From a virus: a DNA stretch of 64,000 nucleotides. This document shows positions 49,701 to 57,400 of the stretch, one piece after another. Under the pieces are notes generated by a model. The model was not told the origin of the DNA. It ran no database searches and saw nothing but the letters and a program-made list of their open reading frames with translations. Each line of letters opens with the position of its first letter. The first letter of the stretch is position 1. The stretch covers positions 1-64,000 of the IMG/VR virus record IMGVR_UViG_3300028384_000675, one strand, 5' to 3'. The position numbers and the translations under genes were made by a program.

Positions 49701-51496
49701 GTCAACGAGTCTATAGCAGCAGGATCTGTGTTGGTTATGACGTTATTAATCTTGTCTTCGATACGCTGTTCTTCACCCTTTGCGCGCAGTTCTTCTGCGT
49801 CAATCTGTGCTCGTAGGTCAGAGTCTGCTGCGATTCTAGCAGAGTTTTCGATACCGACAGTGTTCGCTGCTTGCTGTATAGCATAGTCTCGTGCCGAGTC
49901 AATTCTTTCTACAACAGTGTTACCAGAAGTACCATCAATTGATGCGTCACCAATGAGTAGCGTGTCATGCGCCTTCGCGCTCGCGAGTGTATCCGAGTCG
50001 CCCTGATTAATTAAATCTGTCAAATCTTGGCGTAATGATTGCTCATCAGCAAGACGAGAGGTTCTTTCGGAATCAAGCGAACTGGTTAGTTCTGACAGCG
50101 CATCGATACGTGCTGAGATTTCTGAATCAAGTCCAGTTTGTATATTTTCATTGTCATCAATTCTATCCGATCGTTCAGAGTCAAGTAAATCGAGCAGGTC
50201 TTCGATTGCATCAAGGCGGTTTGATGTTTCTGAATCAACTTTAGAAGAGAGATTAGAAATAGCAAGGGAAAGTGCTCTCGCTTCTGAGTCAAGGTTGCTT
50301 TGTACCGCAGCGTCACCTAAAATCCTTGCGCCGCGCTCAGAGTCGATTAAACCTAAAAGATCAGCATCTGCTTGTATTCTATCTGCACGTTCTGAATCTA
50401 AGTTTGAGGACGCGCCTTGAATTGAGTTAATTCTGTCAAATCTTTCTGAGTCGAGTTCTGCCAATAAGTCTTCTATCGCATCGAAGCGATCTTCTTTTTC
50501 AGAATCCAGTTGCGCCAGTATGCTTTCGATTGCGTCAAGACGATCATCTTTTTCTGAGTCAAGTCGCGAGATAAGGTCATTGATTGCTGCGAAACGATCG
50601 CTCTTCTCTGAGTCGAGATCGCCAGAAAGTGCACTAAGTGCATCTATTCTAGCATTCGTTTCTGCTGTCAAATCAGAATCAAGGTTGGCGTCACCCTGTT
50701 GCCTTGCTGCTATTTCTATTTGTAACGCAGAGTCAAGGGAAAGGATTGCTTCTTCGTTGGTTGAAACTCGATTAGTAAGCAACCCGAGATTGATATTTGT
50801 AAGATCAATTCTAGATGACAGATCAGTGTCAAGCGAAGCAACTGTATTGGTGAGCGTTGTAATACCACCCTCGGCAACTCCCATACGAGAATTTAAATTG
50901 CTCAACGTTGAATTATTGTTGCCAATATCTCTGTTAACGTCAATCTTAAATTGATCAAACTCACCTTCTAATGATTCGAGGTTGTCGCTGTCAATGTTTA
51001 ATCGTTCTACAAGAGGAAGGGTCGCTGTCGCAATTACATCGTTAATAAATGCAGAGTCTTTTGAATAGATATCGTATCGCAGACCTTCGATTTTATCATT
51101 AAGTGCACCAACACCCATCTCTGCCATGGTGTCGACAACATAACCTCGGATCGCACCAGAGGTAGGAATCGTAGAGTCGAGCGTTAGAAAATCGTCAGCA
51201 TTATCTACAATGCCATTTACTGTAACTTGTGTGACGTGATCGCGTAATTTACCAAAACTTAATTCACCTGTCGCACGAACGTCTCCACCAACCTCAATAT
51301 CATTATTGACGATCAGGTCTTGACTAACAACCGCATCATTACCGACATCGGTAACGTTCTTAACAGTGTCAGCAAATAAATTTTCCTTTCTTACTTTCTT
51401 GGTTCTGCCACCGTCGCTTGCATCGTTGACAATCAGGGTGTCTTTATCACCAACCTGATCCAATTCTTGTAATTGCGATATTTTTACGTCTGTCAT
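40709..51496 (-). CDS. Giant (3595 aa) tail fibre with C-terminal peptidase S74 intramolecular chaperone
   Basis: N-terminal ~1540-aa coiled coil with IDS(E/A/G) repeats, then many (L/F)DGRY beta repeats, then SDEKLKENI...GVIAQDVEKVLP. Confidence 0.9.
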   Translation of the reverse strand: MTDVKISQLQELDQVGDKDTLIVNDASDGGRTKKVRKENLFADTVKNVTDVGNDAVVSQDLIVNNDIEVGGDVRATGELSFGKLRDHVTQVTVNGIVDNADDFLTLDSTIPTSGAIRGYVVDTMAEMGVGALNDKIEGLRYDIYSKDSAFINDVIATATLPLVERLNIDSDNLESLEGEFDQFKIDVNRDIGNNNSTLSNLNSRMGVAEGGITTLTNTVASLDTDLSSRIDLTNINLGLLTNRVSTNEEAILSLDSALQIEIAARQQGDANLDSDLTAETNARIDALSALSGDLDSEKSDRFAAINDLISRLDSEKDDRLDAIESILAQLDSEKEDRFDAIEDLLAELDSERFDRINSIQGASSNLDSERADRIQADADLLGLIDSERGARILGDAAVQSNLDSEARALSLAISNLSSKVDSETSNRLDAIEDLLDLLDSERSDRIDDNENIQTGLDSEISARIDALSELTSSLDSERTSRLADEQSLRQDLTDLINQGDSDTLASAKAHDTLLIGDASIDGTSGNTVVERIDSARDYAIQQAANTVGIENSARIAADSDLRAQIDAEELRAKGEEQRIEDKINNVITNTDPAAIDSLTEIVNYLNEVDSDVRQLVSSNTTRVSDETSERLAGDSALGVRIDQEIAARRAADSDLQDAINTSVNTEASLRSAADSDINARIDQEVLNRLSVGEDLQGNIDSAREELIDRIEQEESLRAVGDSATLSAARLYTRQRDALMIGDATVDGTAGNTITSRIATAKQEANTYTDNEIIGLRSGEVTSLTARMDSAESRLDDAETAIDSATARLSNINKTLSDLIDSESQRAIGIEGNLQSQIDSGLGRTLNLESDLTSMIDSETQRAIRVEGNLQSQIDSATLRLTNINQTLDGLIDSEMNRALDAESELRGLIDSELSRAIDAERFLRDLIDSSLSLSINADSDIRLDIDANTAAIDSEITRAIRVDGELQDLIDSASLRLTNINQTLSDLIDSEMTRALAVEGSLQSQIDSGLSRTLNLESDLLSRIDSNSTSIADEIARAIEAEGDLQDLIDSESTRVTDINKALSDLIDSETRRAIDVETRLQSQIDSGLERSVTLESDLLGRIDSNATSIAEEIGRAILAEEGLQDAIDSATTRLTNINRTLSDLIDSEMTRAQGVEARLQSQIDSGLERSVNLESDLLSRIDSNSTSIADEITRAILAEGDLQSGIDSATSRLTNINKTLSDLIDSEMNRALDVEKDLQSQIDSGLSRSINLEADLTSMIDSNATDIRANNILIDQEIARAILRDSELSTAITQEAETRYDADSALQINIDAVNRRVDGLLDSAPGDLDTILEIIEAFRDADSDLKTLIENNSSILSTLNTDVGTLQGEMDDAEDILDDLQPRMDSAENRLDSLEGRTSVGESDVADLQSRLGSGPLDTVNQVIIPSINELHGEHDLVEGRMTAAESDIAANALYNLTAFDSVISRIEITEDRLDSNSAVLVDVLGDIVSLQLADSALGTRILGNDDDIASLDLRVDGNDSDIDAIRTTIQDIKGGKQVLRETNPLTVSDDTITLHLADDTSVSVTVNDNFLTGISLNPTTGVLTGFRRDGQTVATGFDSRYVHNQSSQALRSVNPITVDNDTITLHLADGNTAQVTVDDSDVNNFVNNLTFNSSDGVLTASRSGLPDLNVTLDGRYQPTGNYVTTNSAQALDPTNPITVLNDTITLNLADGNSVQVTVNDNYLTGVGFNTTTGLLTAYRNDAGLVTISLDGRYVEQTSAQALHPTNALEVNDDTITLYKADGTFESHSIIDAIGTDYFITGLSFNTSSGTLIGSRNDGNTVSTNFDGRYVNQNSVQALRANTPLTISGDTITLHRADGTSISVDIDDEFYPDDQTLSWNASSGELTISDGNTVDIDGRYTQTTSAQVLRSTNAIAVNNDTITIYKGDGTSESVTISDANTNTYITSLALSTDGELTIGRNDGGSFTVDLESHFVDKAGPQALHPTDALRSSGDTIYLYKGDGTREAVTIVDNNDFITGASFTGGTLSLTGSGSAGASVSLDGRYQPVGNYVTTTSAQALHPTNALEVNDDTITINKADGTSESHDISDALGTDYFITGLSFNTSNGVLTGTRNDGNSVTAGLDGRYDNYSNWKLTDGSSTESISSGETITVSGGDNVTTTLSTSTNTLEISAENDFVTGASFSNGTLSLTGTGDAGASVSLDGRYVEQTSPQALRATNPLTVNNDTITLHLADGTTDEVTISDANTNFYINAATFNGGTLSLTGVGAAGASVNLDGRYVPNDGVQALHSTDALRISGDTIYLYKGNGTYESVTFDDEHYHYQNLSFSGGHSGTGVLSISNGNSVDLDGRYVHQTSSQALPVGAALAVNNDTITLTRADGTVESVTISDANTNTYTTSFVFNDVNGVLSIGRNDGGNFSVDLDDRYVHSQSPQLLRTTNPLTVSGDTITLHMADGSTDAVTIDDDFFPNQNLSWNGANGQISISGGNTIDIDGRYQPAGDYVTTSHVQALHPTDALQVNNDTITLKRADGTTESVTISDAIGTDYFVTGISFNTGNGVLTANRNDGQTLTTDFDGRYVEQTSPQALRASNALTVSDDTITIHKGDGTSESVTISDYFEYDDQTLSWNGTTGKLTISDGNTVDLDGRYLLQGTYDNYVSWSLSDGSTSQEVTSLDLIKVVGGTNVTTSLNTTDNQLTISATDTNNYLSSVSWNASTDEITFGRNGLSSLSVDLGLAERFDKYDRWKISDGTNHEYIYSNDTLKVVGSGDVSTTYTASTNTLSIGSTNTYVDGASFNSSNDVLTLSRHSMSDVTVDLGLTERFDKYTSWTITDGTHDEAVTSGQSVKFEGAGAASTTYYAASNTLRITSTDTNDFITGASFSTGTGILSLTGTGGAGASVDLDGRYLLQGTYDNYVSWNLKNGSTTEAVTSGETIEFAGSGASSVSYNATSKKVTISSTDTNNYVNSASFSGGVLALGGVGAAGASVSLDGRYQLAGSYDNYNHWKVKVGSNNTDNIYSGNTLKFLSGGATSLGYNAETNTVTISSTDTNTDTNYYVDGASFNDTNGILTLSRAGLGDVTVDLDGRYATSNTDTTYDLYASTSANIDGAAITLDPSTGTSDQVWLKGGNNVSVSRVSSNQINIASTDTNNYVSSASYSAGSGKLTLHRAGLSSIDVTIGSNSNNYLDGASFNTGNGELTLSRSGGMSNVVVDLDGRYSTTDTNTTYSQATSSTLGLVKIGYNENGQNYPVELSNGQMYVNVPWTDTNTDTNTNRLTTFTVEDGDGTAVTMSHGKRFKFVEAAASVSGSSNYINMNWVDTSPGSTGDPYDLAISHNKTDRTNTTNSTSPGYSGSFTVVDNITTNPEGHITAVNTKTVSLPAAASGGSTDYINAASFNTGSGVLSLTGTGSAGASVDLDGRYYIRGDHIDLNDDKKVQFGTGDDYEISFDGSHLYIHQNQVSTNDIYISDVANANKFFFNVSTGDFHADGDIIAYSNSVSDEKLKENITVVENAVDKVQQLRGVEFTWKKDGEKSAGVIAQDVEKVLPQAVKEKDIMGEGEVVKTVNYDTMSALFIEAIKEQQEQIEALKAEIKALKG

Positions 51497-51531
51497 CTTA
51501 AACTGATCCTGGTGAGTAGTTATACAAGATC

Positions 51532-51539
51532 TATTTATA
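51532..51539 (-). promoter_or_regulatory. Late promoter for giant fibre
   Basis: TATAAATA. Confidence 0.75.
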
Positions 51540-51551
51540 AGATATTGAAAT

Positions 51552-51578
51552 AAAAAAAGGGGACCGAAGTCCCCTTTT
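51552..51578 (-). terminator. Rho-independent terminator
   Basis: AAAAGGGGAC-TTCG-GTCCCC-TTTTTTT. Confidence 0.9.
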
Positions 51579-51601
51579 AGATTATCAATAGTGATGCCGG
51601 T

Positions 51602-52891
51602 TTAGAACTTGAGATAGCACATTACGATCTCATGACTTGAGTTAGAAGTTCTATTTTTTACGCCCACCATACCGATGACCGACTCACTAACCTTATAGAA
51701 AGACTCAGGTTGTGTTGTCATTGGTGTTACGCTCGGTGTACTGAATGTTACAGTGCCAGAAGTGGCAGGAGAGCAGATTAGAGTGTTGCCCGAACCTGGT
51801 TTTAATACTCGGATTCTATAATTATATGGATTCCTAAATTGATCATCAGACCATTGATCGGTGGTATTGTTAGCCCCATGATTCGAATGAATATAAACCA
51901 TTGTCTTCTCATCGTCGTTACCAAGTTGATGCCATTCTAGGTAACTTGAATCGATTCTATAGTCGCGCGCTATATCATTGGCGAAACTTAGTTCTGAGGT
52001 CACATTATTACTATTAGTGCCATAACCGCGTACATATCCAACCCCTTCACCGACCATATACCAGTCGGACGTCGAGTATGCAATAGGCAGTGAATTCACC
52101 AGATCTGCCAAATCAGCATCCTGAGGTGATCCACCGGTTCTCGCCATCACATCGTATACTTGACTTCCGGAGAAATTGCTACGGAAAATCATATACCCAT
52201 TCGAGCTGCTGACTGAGCTGTTGGAGTTCAAGTAATAGGTTATAAAGAATTGTCCTGGCGTAGATTTAACTTCTTTCATACTTACCCAACCGTAAATTCT
52301 GTTGTTAGTTTCCATAAATTGTCCTGAACCAGGAACACTCATGGCGGTAACAGACATATTATCGCTAGTCGTACTGAATGAAATTTTATCAAGATGACAA
52401 TACGTGTAACCAGTAGAAGATCTATATTCTGGCCAACCGAAGGCAACTTGGTTCTCGGCAACTTGTTCAAACATCACACTCATATACTGCGGGGCAATAA
52501 TACTAGGAATGGTGTATTCGTCATCTACCTGATACATATTGTTGTCATCATCAGCATCAATTCGAATCGGGTACACATTGGCAGATGTGTTCGACTGAAC
52601 TAAAATTGCAACTGTGTTGTCATTAAGTTTTGCGACTCGAAGTCCATAATGTGAACTAGTAGTAGTTGTCGGCGCGATACCTGCGATAGATTGCGTTTTT
52701 TGAATTGTAATGGAAGGGGAACTTGTTCCTTCTCCGGTTACAGTGTAAAGGCAACCAAATACGTGGTTCGGATTAGTTTGAGCATAAACAACAAAATATT
52801 GACCATTGCCCATTTGACAATATCCAGCAGTCGACAGGTCAACAATGGATCCGCCGTCAACTGGGATTGGAGTTAAAGATACTTGTGACAT
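51602..52891 (-). CDS. Hypothetical beta-rich late protein (possible propeller)
   Basis: 429 aa, SD AAGGAG, own late promoter and terminator. Confidence 0.75.
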   Translation of the reverse strand: MSQVSLTPIPVDGGSIVDLSTAGYCQMGNGQYFVVYAQTNPNHVFGCLYTVTGEGTSSPSITIQKTQSIAGIAPTTTTSSHYGLRVAKLNDNTVAILVQSNTSANVYPIRIDADDDNNMYQVDDEYTIPSIIAPQYMSVMFEQVAENQVAFGWPEYRSSTGYTYCHLDKISFSTTSDNMSVTAMSVPGSGQFMETNNRIYGWVSMKEVKSTPGQFFITYYLNSNSSVSSSNGYMIFRSNFSGSQVYDVMARTGGSPQDADLADLVNSLPIAYSTSDWYMVGEGVGYVRGYGTNSNNVTSELSFANDIARDYRIDSSYLEWHQLGNDDEKTMVYIHSNHGANNTTDQWSDDQFRNPYNYRIRVLKPGSGNTLICSPATSGTVTFSTPSVTPMTTQPESFYKVSESVIGMVGVKNRTSNSSHEIVMCYLKF

Positions 52892-52916
52892 TTGCTGTCT
52901 CCTTAAAGGTTTTGTT

Positions 52917-52924
52917 TATTTATA
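52917..52924 (-). promoter_or_regulatory. Late promoter
   Basis: TATAAATA. Confidence 0.75.
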
Positions 52925-52956
52925 GTTTTTTCGTTGTTACGCTGGAACTAATCCAG

Positions 52957-53883
52957 TTAGTCAATAATAGTGAATGTTCCACCCATATTTTGATGCAATT
53001 GGCACTTATACTCATAACTTACACCCGACACTGGGGTGAATGAGACACTACCAGTTTCCGTTGGATCAGCAATGAGGACATTATTATCGTCAACGATCAT
53101 AAACGGATGACCAGAAGTGTTTACATTAAACGTATATTCTGTTCCAGAAGTAAGGTCTAGTGATGGAGCTTCCACACCATTCAAATAGAACTTACCGTTA
53201 GAAACTGTCACGTTAAATGTCGTAACTTCTGGTTCTGGATCAGGTGCCGATTCAACCGTAAAGTCAGAAGTCGTTGTCGTAGCATTACCATTCGCATCAG
53301 TCGCAGTAAATCTCATTGAGAACGAAGTCGCTTCACTTCCTGGTGTTACTGTGAATACATTATCAGACTGGGATACTGTAGCGCCGTTGAGTGCGGAAGA
53401 AGCAGAAATTGCAGTAACTGAAACACCGAATTGATCGCCCCCAGAACCATCAAACGCAGTTAGTTTGGTTGGTTGAGCAGATAGATTGTTTGCGTCATAG
53501 ACGTAGACTGAACCAGTGTAAGAATCGTCATAATACGCACCAACGACGATCTTATCAGCAGTAGCAGCAACTGATATACCGAACTGATCGCTAGCAGCGC
53601 CATCAAACGCTGTTAGTTTAGTCGGTTGAGCAGATAGATTGTTGGCATCATAGACATAAACTGAACCCTTAGTGTCGTCACCATATGCACCAACAACGAT
53701 CTTATCACTAGAAGCAGCAACTGAGTGTCCAAAGAGATCATTCGCAGCACCATCAAATGCTGTTAGTTTCGTTGGTGTTGCAGATAGATTGTTGGCGTCA
53801 AAGACATAGACTGAACCAGATTGAGTTCCATTGTCATCGTCAGCTTGTGCGCCAACAATGATCTTGTCAGCAGTAGCAGCAAC
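52957..53883 (-). pseudogene. In-frame 3' continuation of the giant propeller protein beyond TAG-TAA (3 blades, Ig half-domain, cupredoxin-like domain)
   Basis: VAATADKIIVGAQADDDNGTQSGSVYVFDANNLSATPTKL... reads open and in frame to TAA at 52957. The 119-aa track ORF is its end (GHPF...YKCQLHQNMGG). Confidence 0.85.
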
Positions 53884-54495
53884 TTACTAACCGAAGGAAT
53901 CAAAAGAAGCACCATCAAACGCAGTTAGTTTAGTCGGTTGAGCAGATAGGTCATTGGCGTCATAAACATAGACTGAACCATTGAAATCGTCACCATTTGC
54001 ACCAACGACGATCTTGTCGGAAGAAGTAGTAATTGAATATCCGAATTTATCATTCGCAGCGCCATCAAATGCAGTTAGTTTAGTTGGTTGAGCGGATAGA
54101 TTGTTGATGTCATAGACATAGACTGAACCAGTGTAAGAATCTTCGCCGTATGCACCAACAATGATCTTATCAGCAGCAGTAGCAATTGAGATGCCGAAGA
54201 AATCGCCCGCAGCACCATCAAATGCTGTTAGTTTAGTTGGTGTTGCAGATAAATTATTGGCGTCATAGACGTAGACTGAACCAGACTGAGATCCATTGTC
54301 ATCATCTAGGCGTGCACCAACAATAATCTTATCAGCAGTAGCAAAAACATTCTCTCCGAAGCAATCACCTGCAGCAGCATCAAACGCTGTTAGTTTCGTT
54401 GGTGTTGCAGACAGATTGTTGGCGTCATAGACATACACTGAACCGGAACTAGATCCATTGTCGCCGTCACCCCATGCACCAACAACGACATAACT
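53400..54495 (-). repeat. Seven highly similar ~145-160 nt blade repeats
   Basis: Recurring GGTTCAGTCTATGTCTATGACGCCAACAATCTATCTGC..CCAACTAAACTAAC.GC.TTTGATGG.GCT. Confidence 0.85.
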
Positions 54496-57400
54496 TGATC
54501 CTGACGCTACTTCCTCATAAGACCATGTAATCGCATCGCCTTCTGGATCAGTACCAACTGCAGTAATTGCTGTTCCGCTTCCACCTGCTGTCAGCAGATA
54601 TGAAGACTCAATACCAGTCACCGATGGTGCTTGGTTGACATATGTAAAGTCAAAGTCAGATGACACTGACGTTACATTACCTTCTGAGTCAGTCGCCTTA
54701 AAGGTCAACTGGAAGTCAGCGTCCTGTTGACCAGGAGTTACTGTGAACACGTTATCAGATTGCGCAACGGTTACATCACCGAGTGGACTAGGTGCAACAG
54801 ATCCAACTGCGTTAAATCCAAAGCTAATGCTAGTACCAGTTCCCGCAGGTGGATTTACTAATTCTGGTGCTGCCGATAAATCGCTCAGGATGTAAACATA
54901 CATACCACCAGTACTCGCGTCTTTTCTGTGAGCAGAAGAATATAACTTATCGCCAATTATGGTTGTGTTATATCCTAGCATTGCACCTGTTGCTGGAGAT
55001 TCCAATACTGTCGGAGCAGCAGAAAGGTTGTTTATGTTATAAACATAAATAGCACCTGCTGATGAGTTTCTTTGGTGTGCCCCGACGAAAAGTTTATCTT
55101 CGTGTGGAAGAACAGACATACCAAAGTAATCTCCTTCAGCAGCATCGAATGCTACAAGTTTCTCAACAAAGGATAAGTCGCTTTCGTTGTACACGTATAC
55201 AGCACCACCACTAGTACCGTTCGAATTATGGTCCGCAGTCACAGCAGAAATATAGATCTTACCCCCATAAGTTTTTATTGAGTATCCGCCAAATCTGTCA
55301 GACTCAGACGCATCTGGCGCAGTTAATTTCTGTACGAATGCATAAGTATTGACATCGTAAACATAAACTGCTCCAGCATCAGTACTATTGTCGTCGTCTC
55401 CCATCGATCCAATCAAGATATGATTAGATGTTACTGTTATACCTCCGCCAAGTCCAAAATAGTCGCGATGATCGCCGTTGGTAGGAGTTAATGTTGCCTG
55501 AAGCGAAAGGTCAGATTTGTTGTAGATATAGACTTTTCCGGTATAATCATCATTACTGTTCGTTGTTGGTCCCCATCCATATGCTCCAATGATCAATAAG
55601 TCGTCAGTGACGGAAATTCCGCTTCCGAATCGAAGGTTATTCTGCGCTTCGCCAGTAAGCATGGTCGGCGCGGCAGAAAGGTCGCTTCTATCGTAAATAT
55701 AAACCGCTCCGCCCCAGGTTTCATCCGATTCATCTGACATCATCTCACCTATGTAGATTTTGTCGGAATCAATTTCCATTGAAAATCCAAATCGTTCTGC
55801 TGATGAACCGTTCGGCGCAGTAAGCAATGTTGGTTCCTCTGTCAAATCAGTTGGATTATATACATACACATAACCCTGATAACTATTAGATTGTATCGCA
55901 GAAACAAATAACTGATCTTGTGACGTGGATGACACTGCCTCATACGACCATGTAACCGTGTCACCTTCTGGGTCAGTTGCCGCAGCAGTGATCACAGTGC
56001 CCTGACCTTGAGTCAGAGTATATGTTGAGTCAATACCAGTCACCGATGGTGCTTGGTTAACATAGGTCAACGAGAAGTCTGCATCTCTGGTATCCGTATT
56101 TCCTGCTGTATCAGTGAGGGTGAATCGTATCGTGAAGTTTGCATCAGCAGTTCCTGGTGTTACTGTGAATTCGCCGCCATTTTGCGTTATAGCAGTTCCG
56201 TTCAAACCAGAAGGAACGCCTCCGTTCAAGACTTCTGCAAACGACCAAGTAACAGCGTCGCCGTCAGCGTCAGATGACATACCAACGATCACCTCGTCTA
56301 CACCCTGAGTCAGCGTATACACAGATTCAATACCTGTGATCACTGGCGCAGCATTATAGTCAAAGGTGATGTCAGAGGTCGCAGTAGTCGCTGCACCGTT
56401 TGTATCAGTTGCCGTAAAGGTCAACTGGAAGGTAGCATCTTGATCCCCAGGAGTGATTGTGAACACGTTACCCGCCTGAGTTACTGTTGTACCTGAAAGG
56501 TCGCCAGAAGTTACTGCGTAAGTCAACGAAACAGTATCACCGTCAGAGTCTGAAGTTGTTACTGTGATCTCAGTATCTTGACCTTGATCCAGCGTATACG
56601 AAGAATCAACGCCAGTTATTGATGGCGCGTCATTATAGTCTAGTGTAAACTCAGAATCGAAGTTTGTCTGGTTTCCTGACTCATCAGTTGCAGTAAAGCG
56701 CAACGTGAAGTTAGCATCCTGTTGTCCAGGAGTTACTGTGAAGTCATTACCGTTCTGCGTTACAGTAGTTCCGTTCATACCAGAAGGAACACCCTCGCCT
56801 AGAACTTCTTCGTAACTCATAGTAACTGTTTCGCCTTCGGCATCAGATACTACAGGAACGATTACTTCGTTAACGCCCTGAGTCAATGTATACGCAGGTT
56901 CAATACCGCCGAGTGACGGTGCTTGATTCACGTATGTAAAGTCAAAGTCAGATGTTGTAGAAGTCACATTACCGTTTGAGTCAGTCGCCTTAAAGGTCAA
57001 CTGGAAAGTAGCATCCTGTTGTGCAGGTGTTACTGTGAAGACATTGTCAGATTGTGTTACAGTGACACCGTTGAGTTGCGAAGATAGATTATTTGCAGAA
57101 ACTGAATAACCGAAATAATCTGCTCCTGCGCCATCATATGCTGTTAGTCTGGTCGGTTGAGCAGAGAGATCATTTATATCATAGACATAAACTACTCCAG
57201 TATATGTACTACCAGGACCGCCGTATGCTCCGACAATGATTTGTTCAGACGTTACCGCAAGACCAGTGCCGAACATATCAGTCGCAGCACCATCAAACGC
57301 TGTTAGTTTCGTTGGTTGAGCAGACAGATCGTTTGCGTCAAAGACATAAACTGATCCAGATTGCGCCCCTCGGTCATCATCAGCATATGCGCTCACAACT

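Noticed and set aside
53884-53889. Genome-wide stop-codon reassignment
   Set aside because: TAG and TAA end many conserved genes at the expected places (hsp20, regA, gp43), and no other gene is interrupted this way.
53400-54495. CRISPR-like array
   Set aside because: The repeats are in-frame protein blades with synonymous variation, not identical repeats with unique spacers.
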